Assembly: GCA_013265495.1 (NCBI GenBank)
Contig: MU058793.1
Coordinates: 734,060 to 798,059 of the forward strand
Reading direction: 5' to 3'
Source: Vicugna vicugna
Taxonomy: Eukaryota
DNA length: 64,000 bases
Shown here: piece by piece, positions 48,963 through 60,051 of the stretch
Layout of the letters: the number at the start of each line of letters is the position of its first letter
How positions within the stretch are numbered: the first letter of the stretch is position 1
Position numbers and translations under genes: made by a program
The notes under the pieces: model-generated
What the model was told of the DNA's origin: nothing
What the model saw: only the letters and a program-made list of their open reading frames with translations
Database searches by the model: none

Positions 48963-49546
48963 AAAAAAAACCAAAATAATACAAAACAGAAACAGACTCA
49001 TAGACATAGAGTACAAACTTGTGGTTGCCAAGGGGGTGGGAGGTGGGAAGGGACAGACAGGGACTTTAAAATTCAGAATGGATAAACAAGATTATACTGT
49101 ATAGCACAGGGAAAAATATACAAGATCTTGTGGTAGCTCACAGAGAAAAAAAAATGTGACAATGAATATATGTATGTTCACATATGACTGAAAAATTGTG
49201 CTCTACACTAGAATTTGACACAACATTGTAAAATAACTATTACTCAATAAAAATGTAAAATAAAAAAAAAAGAATTCAAACCCAAGTCAGTGTAGTTGCA
49301 CAGCGCAAGGGCTTAAGCAGTCTTAAGTGAAAATTTAAGATGGCGGTCACCCACCTTCTGTTCCCTCCCCTAGAAGTCTTTTCCGCTCCTGCTGGCGGTG
49401 GAGAATTGACCCAGCATCTCTCACTCCTCACGTTGGCACAATTCCACTTCAAGGAGCTCATTCTAAAGGCACTATCTTTATGCAAAGGGATGACTCCAAA
49501 AGTGGGAATTTTTGAATTTGGAGGAACACATTCTCTCCTTCATCAT

Positions 49547-49672
49547 CAAGAATTCAACTTCAGGCACTGCGGTGGTTGACCAAGTTATTAAAAAGATGGT
49601 CTCTACCAAGAATTCAACACACAGGGTTCAGGCACTGCGGTGGTTGACCAAGTTATTAAAAAGATGGTCTCT
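49547..49672. repeat. Tandem duplication of ~58 bp
   Basis: 49547-49604 and 49607-49672 are identical except for an 8-nt extra (acacaggg) in copy 2. Confidence 0.95.
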
Positions 49673-50574
49673 GCTCCCATTTAAAAGCAAATGCACAAAT
49701 GAAAAAGTCCCCCATTTACACATGCCCCACGACATAGAGGGAAACATCCCACAAGGATCAAGTGAAGAAAACGTTGTTTTTTTCTCCTGAATGCTAACCT
49801 TCCCTGTGCACAAGTAACTAATTTCATAGCTAGAAAACCTCCAACCTACCTGGCCTGAAGACTCCATCTCTAGCTCAAACTAGACAAAAAACAAGGGATA
49901 ATCAAAAGATCAAAAAATATGATTTAAAGCACTCTCCACTGTGAAAAAAGAACATCCGTATTTATTTATTCCTTATTCAAAAAAATAAGATTTCATTTCT
50001 AACTCTAAGAGAATTCATAGTTTCTTTAGGCCATTGTTCTGATTTGGAGCAATTCATCACAGAACGATAACACGCTGATGATGTGTTACACTAATACATC
50101 CTTACATTGGTAATGCTCTAATGATCTGGCAGGCTCCTAAATCACCAGAGAGCTGTCACTTCTGTGATGTGTTACTCAGAGATACGACTCTGATCGGAGG
50201 AAGGCATCCAGGAACTCAACAATGGGAGAATTATATTTTTTGACTTCAGAATTTCTTGACTATAAATAATAACCCCTTTCACAGAAAACGGAAAACTCAG
50301 CCTGAAAGCAAGAGAAGCAGCAAAATTTCCTACATTCTTGAGTGCACCAGAGACACACAGATAAGCATATACACTAGTGGAACCCTTGGCTGCTTGGTGG
50401 AGGAGGTCACCGATAAGAAAATGACTCCTGAAGTATCAATGGGGTTGCTGAATCTGTTCCTGAAAGGTAACCTGTTGGATGCTTATAGATCCATTTGTCA
50501 CTGACGTGGATTTCATCAGCACCCTATAATAAACAGTGTTAAAACCCGAGTCAAGAGAGAAATGACAGCGAAGG

Positions 50575-50885
50575 GAAAGAGGTACCCTCTTCAACACTGT
50601 CGGCAGGAGAGGAAATTAATATAACCTTTCAGAAGGCAATCTGGCAATATTTATCAAAATGTTAAGCATGCATATTCTGGGCCCAGCAATTTCATTTCTA
50701 AAAATCTATCCCAGAGATATGCACACCTTACAGAAGGATATGTATGTGCAAGAACACTGACTGTGGCAATTGCTGCAGTTGGGAAAAAAAAAAAAAAGGA
50801 AACAACCTAAATATCCATCAATAGCAGAGTGCTTAAATACATCAGTCTGCATTCATTCTGTGAAGTTTATGTGGCCATTACAAAT
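50575..50885 (+). mobile_element. Old L1M ORF2 3' relic
   Basis: 'aggcaatctggcaatatttatcaaaatgtt...cccagcaatttcatttctaaaaatctatcccagagat', 'ggaaacaacctaaatatccatcaatag'. Confidence 0.7.
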
Positions 50886-50929
50886 TATGGTGTGGATCAA
50901 TGGCTTTGAAAGTGTTACAGAGAACTGTA

Positions 50930-51090
50930 GAGCGATGTTTGTCGATTTTCTGGTGTACCAGAACCACTTGGGGAGGTAATAAAGAACACAGAGACCCGGG
51001 CTCACTGACGTAGGATAAGACCTGGGCCTCTGTCTTTCCATCAAGTTCCCCAGCTAGTGGTGAGATACAATGGAATCCGAGAACCACTTC
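50930..51090. mobile_element. MER5-type MITE relic
   Basis: 'gtaccagaaccacttgggg...caagttccccag...gagaaccact'. Confidence 0.5.
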
Positions 51091-51289
51091 TCCAGGATAC
51101 CTAGTGGGACAGCAGGCCCTGTGGATCTTCACCCTAGTCTCACCCACTGAAGTTTCACTCTGTGTGCGTGTGTGTGTTTCTTTACTTAGGGCTCTGGAAA
51201 CTATTTTCTTACAAGGTTGAGCTGCTTTAAACTGCTTTGAAAACAATCACTAGAGAAAGATAGTTAAAATTACTGCATTCTTATACTGT

Positions 51290-51470
51290 GCTTTACAGTC
51301 ATTCTCATTTCCTCTTTATAGCAACACAATGAAGCAGGTCATATTATTACCCCATTTGGCTGATTAGAGGCACAAAAAGGGTAAGTAAATTCCTCACGAT
51401 CATCGCAGCTAGTAATTCGGGAGCTGGGATGTGAACCCAGGCAGTGTGATTTCAGAGCCTGAGCACTCTG
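51290..51470 (-). mobile_element. MIR SINE
   Basis: 'attattaccccatt...gagctgggatgtgaacccaggcagtgtgatttcagagcctgagcactct'. Confidence 0.7.
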
Positions 51471-52065
51471 CTTTCTGACTCCAAAGTGTTTGTGAACTCA
51501 CATATTTGTTGACTTAGAAGCACAATACAATAGGTCTACAATATACCAGGATTTTGAGAAGCAGGCTAGTAAACAGCGTGTGCAGTTGGGTGCCATTTTA
51601 TTACATATCCACAGAAAGGAATGGATGTGAATAGAAAAACAAAATGCAGCTATTATCCAAAACGAAGAGACTGAGAAGCCAGCTGGGGACTGTGTTCTAG
51701 AGATTCTGAATTCGGGTTATTCTAATATCCCAGGCACAATCATGCCCCTTCCTCAAGTCATACATGGGTGCACTGCCCTCTGGGAGCACGTATGTACAGG
51801 GATATTTGTGTGTGACCAGCCCACATTTTTGAGACTGCGATGTGCTGGGTGTTAGGGTACCACTGAGGATGGAGAGCCTGTGTGAGCTCCATGCAGGCAA
51901 GAACCCACCTGTCTTGCTTCTCTTGTATCCTCAGAGCCTACTAAACAGAAGGCACATAGTACATGATCCATAAATAGTTGCTGAATGAAAAAGTCAATGT
52001 TATAACTTAGAGAATGTTTTTCTTGAAGGATAGTCAGCTGTATTGGCAAGAATTTTTTTTTTTTG

Positions 52066-53172
52066 CATTTAGACTTTTTTTTTTTAGAGCAGTTTTAGGT
52101 TCACAGAAAAATTGAGATTTCTCATATACCCTTTCCCCCTACATATGCACAGTCTCCCCCATTATCGACACCTTCCATTAGTGTTAGGGTTCATGGTCGG
52201 TGTTATTCTATGAGTCTGGACAAATGTATAATGACATATATCCACCATTAGAGTATCATGCAGAGTATTTTCACTGCCCTAAACATCCGTTATGCTCTGC
52301 CTATTCATCACTCCTGGTTCCTAACCCCTGGCAACCACTGGTCTTTTTTACGGTCTCCGCATAGTTTTGCCTTTTCCAGAATGGCATATAGTTGGATTCA
52401 CACAGTAGGCGGTATTTCCAGATTTGCTTCTTTCACTTACTAATATACATTTAAGTTTCCTCCAAGTCTTTTCATGGCTTGATAGCTCGTTTCTTTTTAG
52501 CACTGGATAGTATCCCATTGTCTGGATATACCAGTTTGTCCACTCACCCCCTGAAAGACATCTCGGTTGCTTCCAAGTTTTGGTAATTATGAATAAAGCT
52601 GTTATAAACATTGTGTTCCTGTTTTGATATGGATCTCAGTTTTTGACTCCTTTGGGTAAATTGTAAGGAGAGAGATTGCTGGATCCTATGGTAAGAATAT
52701 TTTTGGTTTTATGAGAAACTGCCAAACTGTCTTCCAGAGTGGCTGTACAGTGGCGCATTCCCACCACCAAAGAATGAGAGTCCTATTGCTCCCTGTCCTT
52801 GTCAGCATTTGGTATTGTCAGTGTTCTAGATTTTGGCCATTCTGATAGGTGTATAGTGGTGTCTCGTTGTTGTTTTAATTTGCAATTCCTTGATGATGTA
52901 TGTTGAGAAGCATCTTTTCATATCCTTAGTTTCCAACTGTATATCTTCTTTGGTGGGATGGCTATTAAGTTCTTCGGCTCATATTGTCGAGTTTTAAGAG
53001 TTGTCTTATTGTTGACTTTTAAGAGTTGTCTGTATATTTTGTCTGTATATTTGGGATAACAGTCCTTCATCAGAGATGTCTTTTGCAAATATTTTCTCCC
53101 GATCTGTGGCTTGTTTTTTCATTCTCTTGACAGTATCTTTTACACAGCAGTTGGCAAAAATTTTAATCTCAA
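52066..53172 (-). mobile_element. L1MC1/2-type 3' region
   Basis: 'agagcagttttaggttcacagaaaaattgag', 'cctggcaaccactggtcttttt'; minus-strand ORF MFITALFIITKTWKQPRC is ORF2 C-terminal. Confidence 0.85.
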
Positions 53173-53492
53173 GTTTGCCATAGGCATGATTATACATACA
53201 GTTTTCCCGCCTTTGTTTAAGTCATCTAATCTAGATAACTCAACCTAGTGGTTATTTTTAGAATCTAGAAATAGCCTGGAATTGAACTCACTCAGGAGCC
53301 AAGGGAGATGTGACATTAAAGAAGTAGTAGACAGTTCTCCTATCTTCATGGAACTTACAAGTTCTTACTAGAATGAGAAAACATAGATTTATCAAAAAAT
53401 TACACAAAAATTTACAAATCACATGTTAGAATGCATGGTGTAGGCTGAATTAAAGGAAAAGGAAGAGTCTAAAACAGTCAAAAGACAGGAAT

Positions 53493-53806
53493 TTATTTTG
53501 TTTTGTTTTTTATTGAAGTATAGTTGCTTTATAATATGTTAATTTCTGGTGTACAGCATAGTGATTCAGTCATGCAAATGTACATATCTATTCCTTTTCA
53601 TATTCTTTTTCATTATAGGCTGTTACAAAGTATTGAATATAGTTCCCTGTGCTATACAGTAGGACCTTGCTGTTTATCTATTTTATATATAGTAGTTAGT
53701 GTCTGCAAATCCTGACAATGTCCAATTCCATCCAGGCAAATGGCATTATTTTATTCTTTTTCGTGGCTGAGTAGTATTTCAGTGTGTGTGAGTGTGTGTA
53801 TATATC

Positions 53807-53838
<32 letters not shown>

Positions 53839-53890
53839 CACATCTTCTTTATCCAATCATCGTGTAGATGGACATTTAGGTTGCTTCCAT
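53493..53890 (-). mobile_element. L1 3' end with internal deletion and (TA)n expansion
   Basis: 'ttattgaagtatagttg...gaatatagttccctgtgctatacagtaggaccttg' jumps at ~53712 to 'caaatggcattattttattcttttt'. Confidence 0.8.
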
Positions 53891-54489
53891 AAAAGACATA
53901 GGGTTTTACCTGGACTCTATATAAATAATTTGCATTAGCCAAGAATATAAGTAGATTTTCCATCTATAGTATCCAGATCAGTGGTTCTCAGCCATTGATT
54001 TGTTACATACTAATGAACTGTCAGCCTGGCACAGAGGTACAACCAAATTTTGCTCAATGTGATTTTTTTTTTTGAATGAGGGAAGAACTGAAAATGCATA
54101 GAGTTGCAGTAGCATCTGTTTGACAGACAGGTTAGTTGAGTAGACAGGAAAACATAAAGGATGGTCCAAAATCCTGTGAACGAAGAGTCAAGTGTGAGGT
54201 CAAATGGACAAGAGCTGTTGAGTATTTAAGAGAGTATCATCAAGCAGTAAACAGTTCTACTCAAACAGCAGGGCTGTGTGGGAGAGCGACCACTAACTGC
54301 TTTGTAAACACTAGGAGACATTGTGACACTGTGGTAATGATCACATTGCAATTATTCCTAATTTGTTTAAATGTTGTTTTTAGTCTCCTAATCACTCCAA
54401 GAGGGCTGCCAAAATTCTAATATTTAAAAGTGTGCCATGAATCCACAAAGTCTGGAAACCAGTGATTTAGATCCTCTCCCATTCATATA

Positions 54490-54622
54490 TAGTTACACAT
54501 GTGTGTGTGTCTGTGTCTGTGTGTGTGTGTATGCGCGTGTATATTCAGTTTCTTTTCCATTACAGCTCATTACAAGAAATTGAATATAGTTCCCGTGCTA
54601 TACAGTAGGTCCTTGCTGCTTA
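54490..54622 (-). mobile_element. L1 3'UTR fragment
   Basis: 'ttacaagaaattgaatatagttcccgtgctatacagtaggtccttg'. Confidence 0.7.
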
Positions 54623-54711
54623 TAAGACACAGCATTTTAATAATACTAAGCAATATCATTTGTGGGCTATGGAATTTTGTAACTACTTACAATTGTTTTA
54701 AGTTGAAAAGA

Positions 54712-54895
54712 TAATTTTTTAAATAATTTTTTATATCGAAAGTGTTTAAAATGCACATGGAGTCACAAAAATAGTAATAGTGTTCCCATTTACCCATCAT
54801 CAAGGTTCCCCCAATGATTACATTTTGTATAGCCATGGTACCTTGTCCAGACCAGAAAACTCACATTGGTACAATACTTTGACTCAGATTGTGCT
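54712..54895 (-). mobile_element. Old L1MC-type 3' end fragment
   Basis: 'ttcccccaatgattacatttt...gaccagaaaactcacattggtacaatact'. Confidence 0.55.
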
Positions 54896-54924
54896 GTTTT
54901 TTATTAAATAAGACTCTTCAAGTA

Positions 54925-55430
54925 CAGACAGTCCCCAACTTGCAACGGTTCAACTTAGGATTTTTTCACTTTACCCTTTTGCAAAAACAATACACATTCA
55001 GTAGAAACCATACTTCAAATTTTGAATTTGGATCTTTTCCCAGACTATCCATAAGTGGTACAATCCTCTTTCGTGATGCTGGGTAGCAGCAGGGGGGGTC
55101 ACAGCTCCCAGCCAGTCCCACAGTCACAGGGGTAAACAACTACACACTGACAACCATTCTGTACCCACAAAATCATTCTGTGTTTCACTTTCAGTACAGC
55201 ATTTAATATATTAGATGAGATACCCCACACTTTATTGCAAAATAGGCTTTGTGTTAGATGATTTTGCCCAACTGTAGGCTAATATAAGTGTTCTGGGCAC
55301 ATTTAAGGTGGGCTAGGCTAAGCTATGATGTTCAGTAGGTTAGATATATTAAAAGCATTTCTGACATGTTATTTTCAGCTTCTGGTGGGTTGATTGGGAT
55401 GTAACTCCATCATAAATCAAGGCAAATCTG
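54925..55430 (-). mobile_element. MER47/Tigger5-family DNA transposon
   Basis: Ends cagacagtccccaactt / aaatcaaggcaaatctg with TA on both sides; 'ggctttgtgttagatgattttgcccaactgtaggctaat...ggctaggctaagctatgatgttcagtaggttag'. Confidence 0.85.
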
Positions 55431-55574
55431 TATACAGATAGTGTGCAGAATATTTACTTATAAAATAAATCAACCAGACTTTGAGTTTTTAACTTTGAAA
55501 AATTTGAGACATTTGACACCATATGTTAACTCAGTCAGCAAAAGTGAGTAGAAAAGTTCAGTCTGCATATCTGA

Positions 55575-55925
55575 ACATCAGAAAGTACCGCTTTACTGAG
55601 CACCTAGTATATATGAAGCACTCAACTAGTGAGTCAGAGATACCAACAGTCCCTTCAGAGAGCTCACAGTCCAGAGGGAGCCACAAGCCAGCAGATGGGC
55701 ATTGGGAACACAGCAAGAAACATTCGTGATGCTTCTTAGGACACACAAGGGAACACAGCAGGAAAGACACCTAACCTGGGTTTGAAAAGACACAGAAGGT
55801 TTTCTGGAGGAAGGTGAAACTTGAAAATTACATAGGAGCTAACCAAATACAGGATGGGTAGGAAAGGTGTTCCAGGCAAAGGAAATAACCTGTGCTAAGA
55901 CCCAGAGTTGAGAAAGGGCATGTCT
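55575..55925 (-). mobile_element. L2 3' relic
   Basis: 'tttactgagcacctagtat...gagctcacagtccagaggg', 'ggaaaggtgttccaggcaaaggaaataacctgtgctaagaccc'. Confidence 0.7.
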
Positions 55926-56919
55926 ACCCGAAGGACAGACAGAAGCTTTGCGACGGAAGCACATATTTTCTGTGAGTGGATTCCCTAACACCTATAATAG
56001 CAAAACAGAATGGACGGTCAAACAGGACTAGAATATGAGAAACTTTTGGACATAGTAGGTAATGACGAAGAAAATAAAAATCAACCTTGGACCATTCTAT
56101 TGTTCTCTTCTTGCTTTTTCTAATACAAAAATAAGTGAGCCCAGGATTCATATCTGTTTAAGATGAGACCGTCTGGGCCAGAAGCACATAAAAGCGCGAC
56201 CACCAACTGGGCAAACCCCAGAAAAACCTCGTTCTGCTCAATACATACTGCAGGACAAGGGTATGTTCAAGTGAATCAACACTATTTAAGCAGATCAATC
56301 AGCCAGCATCGATGGCCCTGATAGCTTTGATCTTCTTGTTTTATTTTCCATGCTACATAAGCGAATTCTATAATCAAATTTCCTTTCTAATTTTCCATGA
56401 AAAACCTAAATTAAGGGACTCCTGAGCATGTTTCAAAAGTCCACAGAAAGCAGTGAAAATAAACTTAATAGTCAGCTGGAATACAGCAAGTAAAAAGAAA
56501 TCACTCTTCCTCTCACTGATTTTTTTCAGGAAAGAGGTAACATCTCAATTAGAATTTTTGAATCCATAAGAAACTGCAATTATTTGCCTATGCTTTCAAT
56601 TTATGGCTATGCAGACAATCAGCTTTACTTTGAAGATGTTTAAAAATAATCCCCTTCAGCCTAAAAGACGTTTGGATGAGATGAATCTGTTAGTCCTCCC
56701 AGTCTTAGGAACCTATGTTTTATGACAGTAAATTCAGTCAAACAGCTGTTGTTTTTTAAATAACTAATTAGCGCTACCATAGCTGGCTACTGAAATTAAT
56801 TGGGGAACAGAAAAAAAAAAAAACAAAGTCCAGCAAAGAGTTATTTCAACTCATCTGATGATTTCTCTATGATGTATGATCTCTAAATTTCTGATGTGAT
56901 GATTTTATTATAAAAAATA

Positions 56920-57150
56920 ATGATACTATCCATTAAGTACTGAGTGTTTTATGTGCCAGACACTTGTGTTGTCTTCTTAATCTTGACATCAGTCCTATTA
57001 AATAAATACCATAAGGTCCCCCGTTCTGTATATTAGAAAACTAATGCTCAAGGGGTTTTCCCAAGGACTTCTCCAAGGTCCTAGAGATAAAAAATGGTGG
57101 AGTCGAAATTCAAATCCAGATTGACTTTACGCCAAAACTTTTGCTCTTAC
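56920..57150 (-). mobile_element. MIR SINE
   Basis: 'tactgagtgttttatgtgccagacac...ggagtcgaaattcaaatccagattgactt'. Confidence 0.6.
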
Positions 57151-58325
57151 TCATTCTAGCATACTGTCTATACATTTCAGGAAAAGAGTTTGTTTGTTTT
57201 TTAACAGAAGAAGCCAATGTTAATCTATCCCTTTTATTGATTGATTTAGTGATACACCAAATAGTCTCTATAAGGAGACTCCAATAGTGAAACAAGACCC
57301 ACTTTTTCCTATCGTTGTCCAATCTGCATATTTTAATATGGCTTTATATTTCCCTGTAATTATAATGCTCACATAAAAAGAATTAGAGTTCTGTAATTAT
57401 TTTCATCAGGTTTCGAACGCGAGCCACACTTTTTAGGAGATTTTTAGAAATACGTATCTGAGGTCTCCCATCCGCTCCCCACACACTGCATTATTACTTA
57501 ACGATATGCATGGTTCCTTTGACAAAGAGTGTGTCACTTTCATACCTAATAGCTAAACAGGATTGATATGATACCAAATAAATGCCTTTCCATTCGGGAG
57601 AATTAATACTCGAGAAAACATGTTTCCCCCAGGAAGCCTCCTTTTATCCATCAGGACGAATCACAGGGATGGGTTACAAGGCAGTCCCCAAAGAGAGGGT
57701 CTGCTCACATGCTTTGATTTGTTGGGCTTTCGGCCCTGAAAAGTTATACAAATTAAACATGTGAATTATCTTCTCAATGTCTTCTTGGTTTTGCTCATTT
57801 CAATGGGAGAAGAGTGAGGCAGTGTTTAGACCCAAAACATTCTCCAAATGGAACATGCAAGTTGGATCTAAACATTTACTAAGAAGACACACTCGGAGTC
57901 CAGTCATATTATTTTAAACAGAAACATTGTTTGGCCCAGAAATTACTTCAGGACGGAGCCGATTCCAACATCCATCGTGGCTACAAAAAGGATTCTATTT
58001 TGGCCAGCAAATGCTTCCAAAAAAATATTTCTAGCCATCCATGGGAAAGGAGTGAGTGCCCCCTGGTGAAAATGTGGGAAACATTTCCATATGTTATTTT
58101 TGGCTGGCGAGAAGGTGCAGATGTCTTCACAGTAAAAATATACTCGCTATGAGTGCTTGTCTCCTTGAGAAGAGAGCTGGCACCATTCGGAGCACTGGAT
58201 CTACAGCGTGGCAAGGATCCACAGAGAGGAGGACAGCCAAAGCAATCATCAAGACACGGTTAAGAGGGCAGGCACCGAAGTTACACGGGCTGGGGCTCGT
58301 GGGTGACTTTTATTTTTTATGCTTC

Positions 58326-58820
58326 TGTTGAGTGGTCTCCTTTTTTCCCCTCTCCAAACCCACTCTCCACCCATTTCCACTCTGCTCTGTGTCCCTGGAA
58401 GCTGAGCCTTAAGGGGGCTATACTAACATATTCCCTTGTCCTCTAGCTTCTAGTTGGGTTCATCCAAGGGAAGACACCAGCAGGTGATCAGAGGATGGGA
58501 GGAGAGTGACACTGGGGTATTTATTCCCAGCGCTCACGCTTGCCAGCACAGGTTGGGAGGTATTTATCCCTTCACCTGTAGTCTCAGTTCTGTCCAAAGC
58601 TCTCTAATATGCCTGTAACTCTCTAGCGTCTGGTGAACTCTCCCTTTCCAAAGCCCCTTCAGGCTTGCAGGTGGTAATAGCTCCTTAGTGTTGCTGGCCA
58701 GGAGCATCTCATCACTTTGTTGCTCCTACCCACTCCTTTGTAAAAAGGCCCGTGCAGTAAAGGCCCTCTTAGCCTTTGTGAGTGTGCCGTCACTTTCCCA
58801 CGCATACTCCGACCGATACA
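58326..58820 (+). mobile_element. ERVL solo LTR33
   Basis: 'ctctgctctgtgtccctggaagctgagcc', 'ctctagcttctagttgggttc', 'ggggtatttattccc', 'gccccttcaggcttgcaggtggtaatagctcc', end 'gtgagtgtgccgtcactttcc...gataca'. Confidence 0.78.
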
Positions 58821-59444
58821 GTTCTTGGCCGCATGTTCCAAATTTTCTACAATAGGCATCTATCCCAGGGCAACTCCAGGGATGCCTAAGGTTACTGGTC
58901 ATCCCAAATTCTGACTGCACCAGTTCTGACCCCCTGGACTGGGGTGAAGTCAGAAAAATCCCAATGTGGGACCCTTGTTTTCAGGCTCTCACTCCACCAC
59001 TCCATTCTCCAGTGATTTAATTAACCCACTGCCACCCTTTTTACTCAAGCTGTTGGCTTCAACTCTATCTCCACATTTTGAACTGGAAAAAGAAAGGCTC
59101 TGTTTACATTCAGCCTTCACCTACCTCACCAGGAGGGAAAGAGAACAAGTTGTTCCATCAGGAGAAATCTAAAAAATTAAGCAAACAGTGGACTGGTTCT
59201 GTGGGTCTGGAGTTGGCAAGACTGGACACTCTATAAGCCACAAGAACAGAAGGGCAGCCTGCTGGGTCAGCTTCCGGGGCATCCGGCCTAGGGGTCAGCT
59301 TCTGACAAGAGAAAACACAGCTAGACCTTGCCAGTTACACCTGTCCTCCAAAGATCCAGAGTTCCTTCTTCTTCTATTATGAAACTGTCATCCAAGATTT
59401 TGCCTAAGTATACTTTCTGAAATGAATGGAGATGGTGAGTGGGG

Positions 59445-59660
59445 AGCATGGACTGAGGCCCTAAGGCTGAGCTCAACGCTCAGATTCACTCTTCTCTTAC
59501 TGTATGACGAAGGGCAACTTTACCTACATTTTCTGAGACTTAGTGTCCTCAACTGTCAAATGAAGATGACAACACTTATAGCACCGGGTGGTCTTAAGGG
59601 TAAATGAAATCATGTAGATGAGTGCACCATCCCGGACACCAAGCTGGAACTCAATAATGT
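59445..59660 (+). mobile_element. MIR SINE
   Basis: 'gggcaactttacctacattttctgagacttagtgtcctcaactgtcaaatgaagatgacaac'. Confidence 0.65.
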
Positions 59661-59952
59661 GTTTTGCTTGTTCCCTTTTACTTCCCCAGGTGTAGGGTTC
59701 CACAACGTCACTGAAATTCAACAGTCAGATCAACATGAAGAACACAGCTTAGACCTAACCCAGAGATGGAACTGTTCTGCATCAAGGAAGTTTCTCCTTT
59801 CATATCTGCTCAGGACTGATACACGAGGGGTCATAAAATTAATGATAAGAGCTAATTATTGGAGACTCATTACACAACAGGCACAGTACTAAGACTTTTT
59901 AAATTTCATGTTTATCAAAGATATGAATGTACATATTTAAAGAGTCAAAGAG

Positions 59953-60051
59953 CGAAGGGAAATAGCTCAGTGGTAGAGCTCATGCTTAGCTCGCATGAGG
60001 TCCTGGGTCCAGTGCTCAGTACCTACATTAAAATAATAATAATTTAAAAAA
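59953..60051 (+). mobile_element. Short Vic-1 type SINE
   Basis: 'atagctcagtggtagagctcatgcttagctcgcatgaggtcctgggt'; TSD taaagagtcaaagag at 59938-59952 and 60052-60066. Confidence 0.88.

Larger units (their letters stand above)
46300..49269 (+). mobile_element. L1 derivative with full 5'UTR + ORF1 + 3' end but lacking ORF2 EN/RT (half-L1-like)
   Basis: Starts gggaggagaagcaagatggtggag (L1 5' end); ORF1 at 47548-48454; spacer joined at ~48594 directly to ORF2 C-terminal sequence (PLWKTVWRFLKRLGIDLPYDP...); 3'UTR, aataaa, poly-A; TSD aagaattca at 46291-46299 and 49270-49278. Confidence 0.93.
46100..49325 (-). mobile_element. MIR SINE split in two (46100-46299 and 49279-49325) by the L1 derivative
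   Basis: 'ccccattttacagatgaagaaactggctcagag...gcaagaattca' resumes as 'aacccaagtcagtgtagttgcacagc'. Confidence 0.75.

Noticed and set aside
49547..49672. CRISPR-like repeat-spacer reading of direct repeats
   Set aside because: Only two adjacent copies in mammalian DNA; a simple tandem duplication.
57922..58051. Possible 130-bp exon (ttttaaacag / gtgagt) with ankyrin-like LLQDGADSNIH
   Set aside because: Weak polypyrimidine tract, no TPLH motif and no partner exons; such AG/GT pairs are common by chance.
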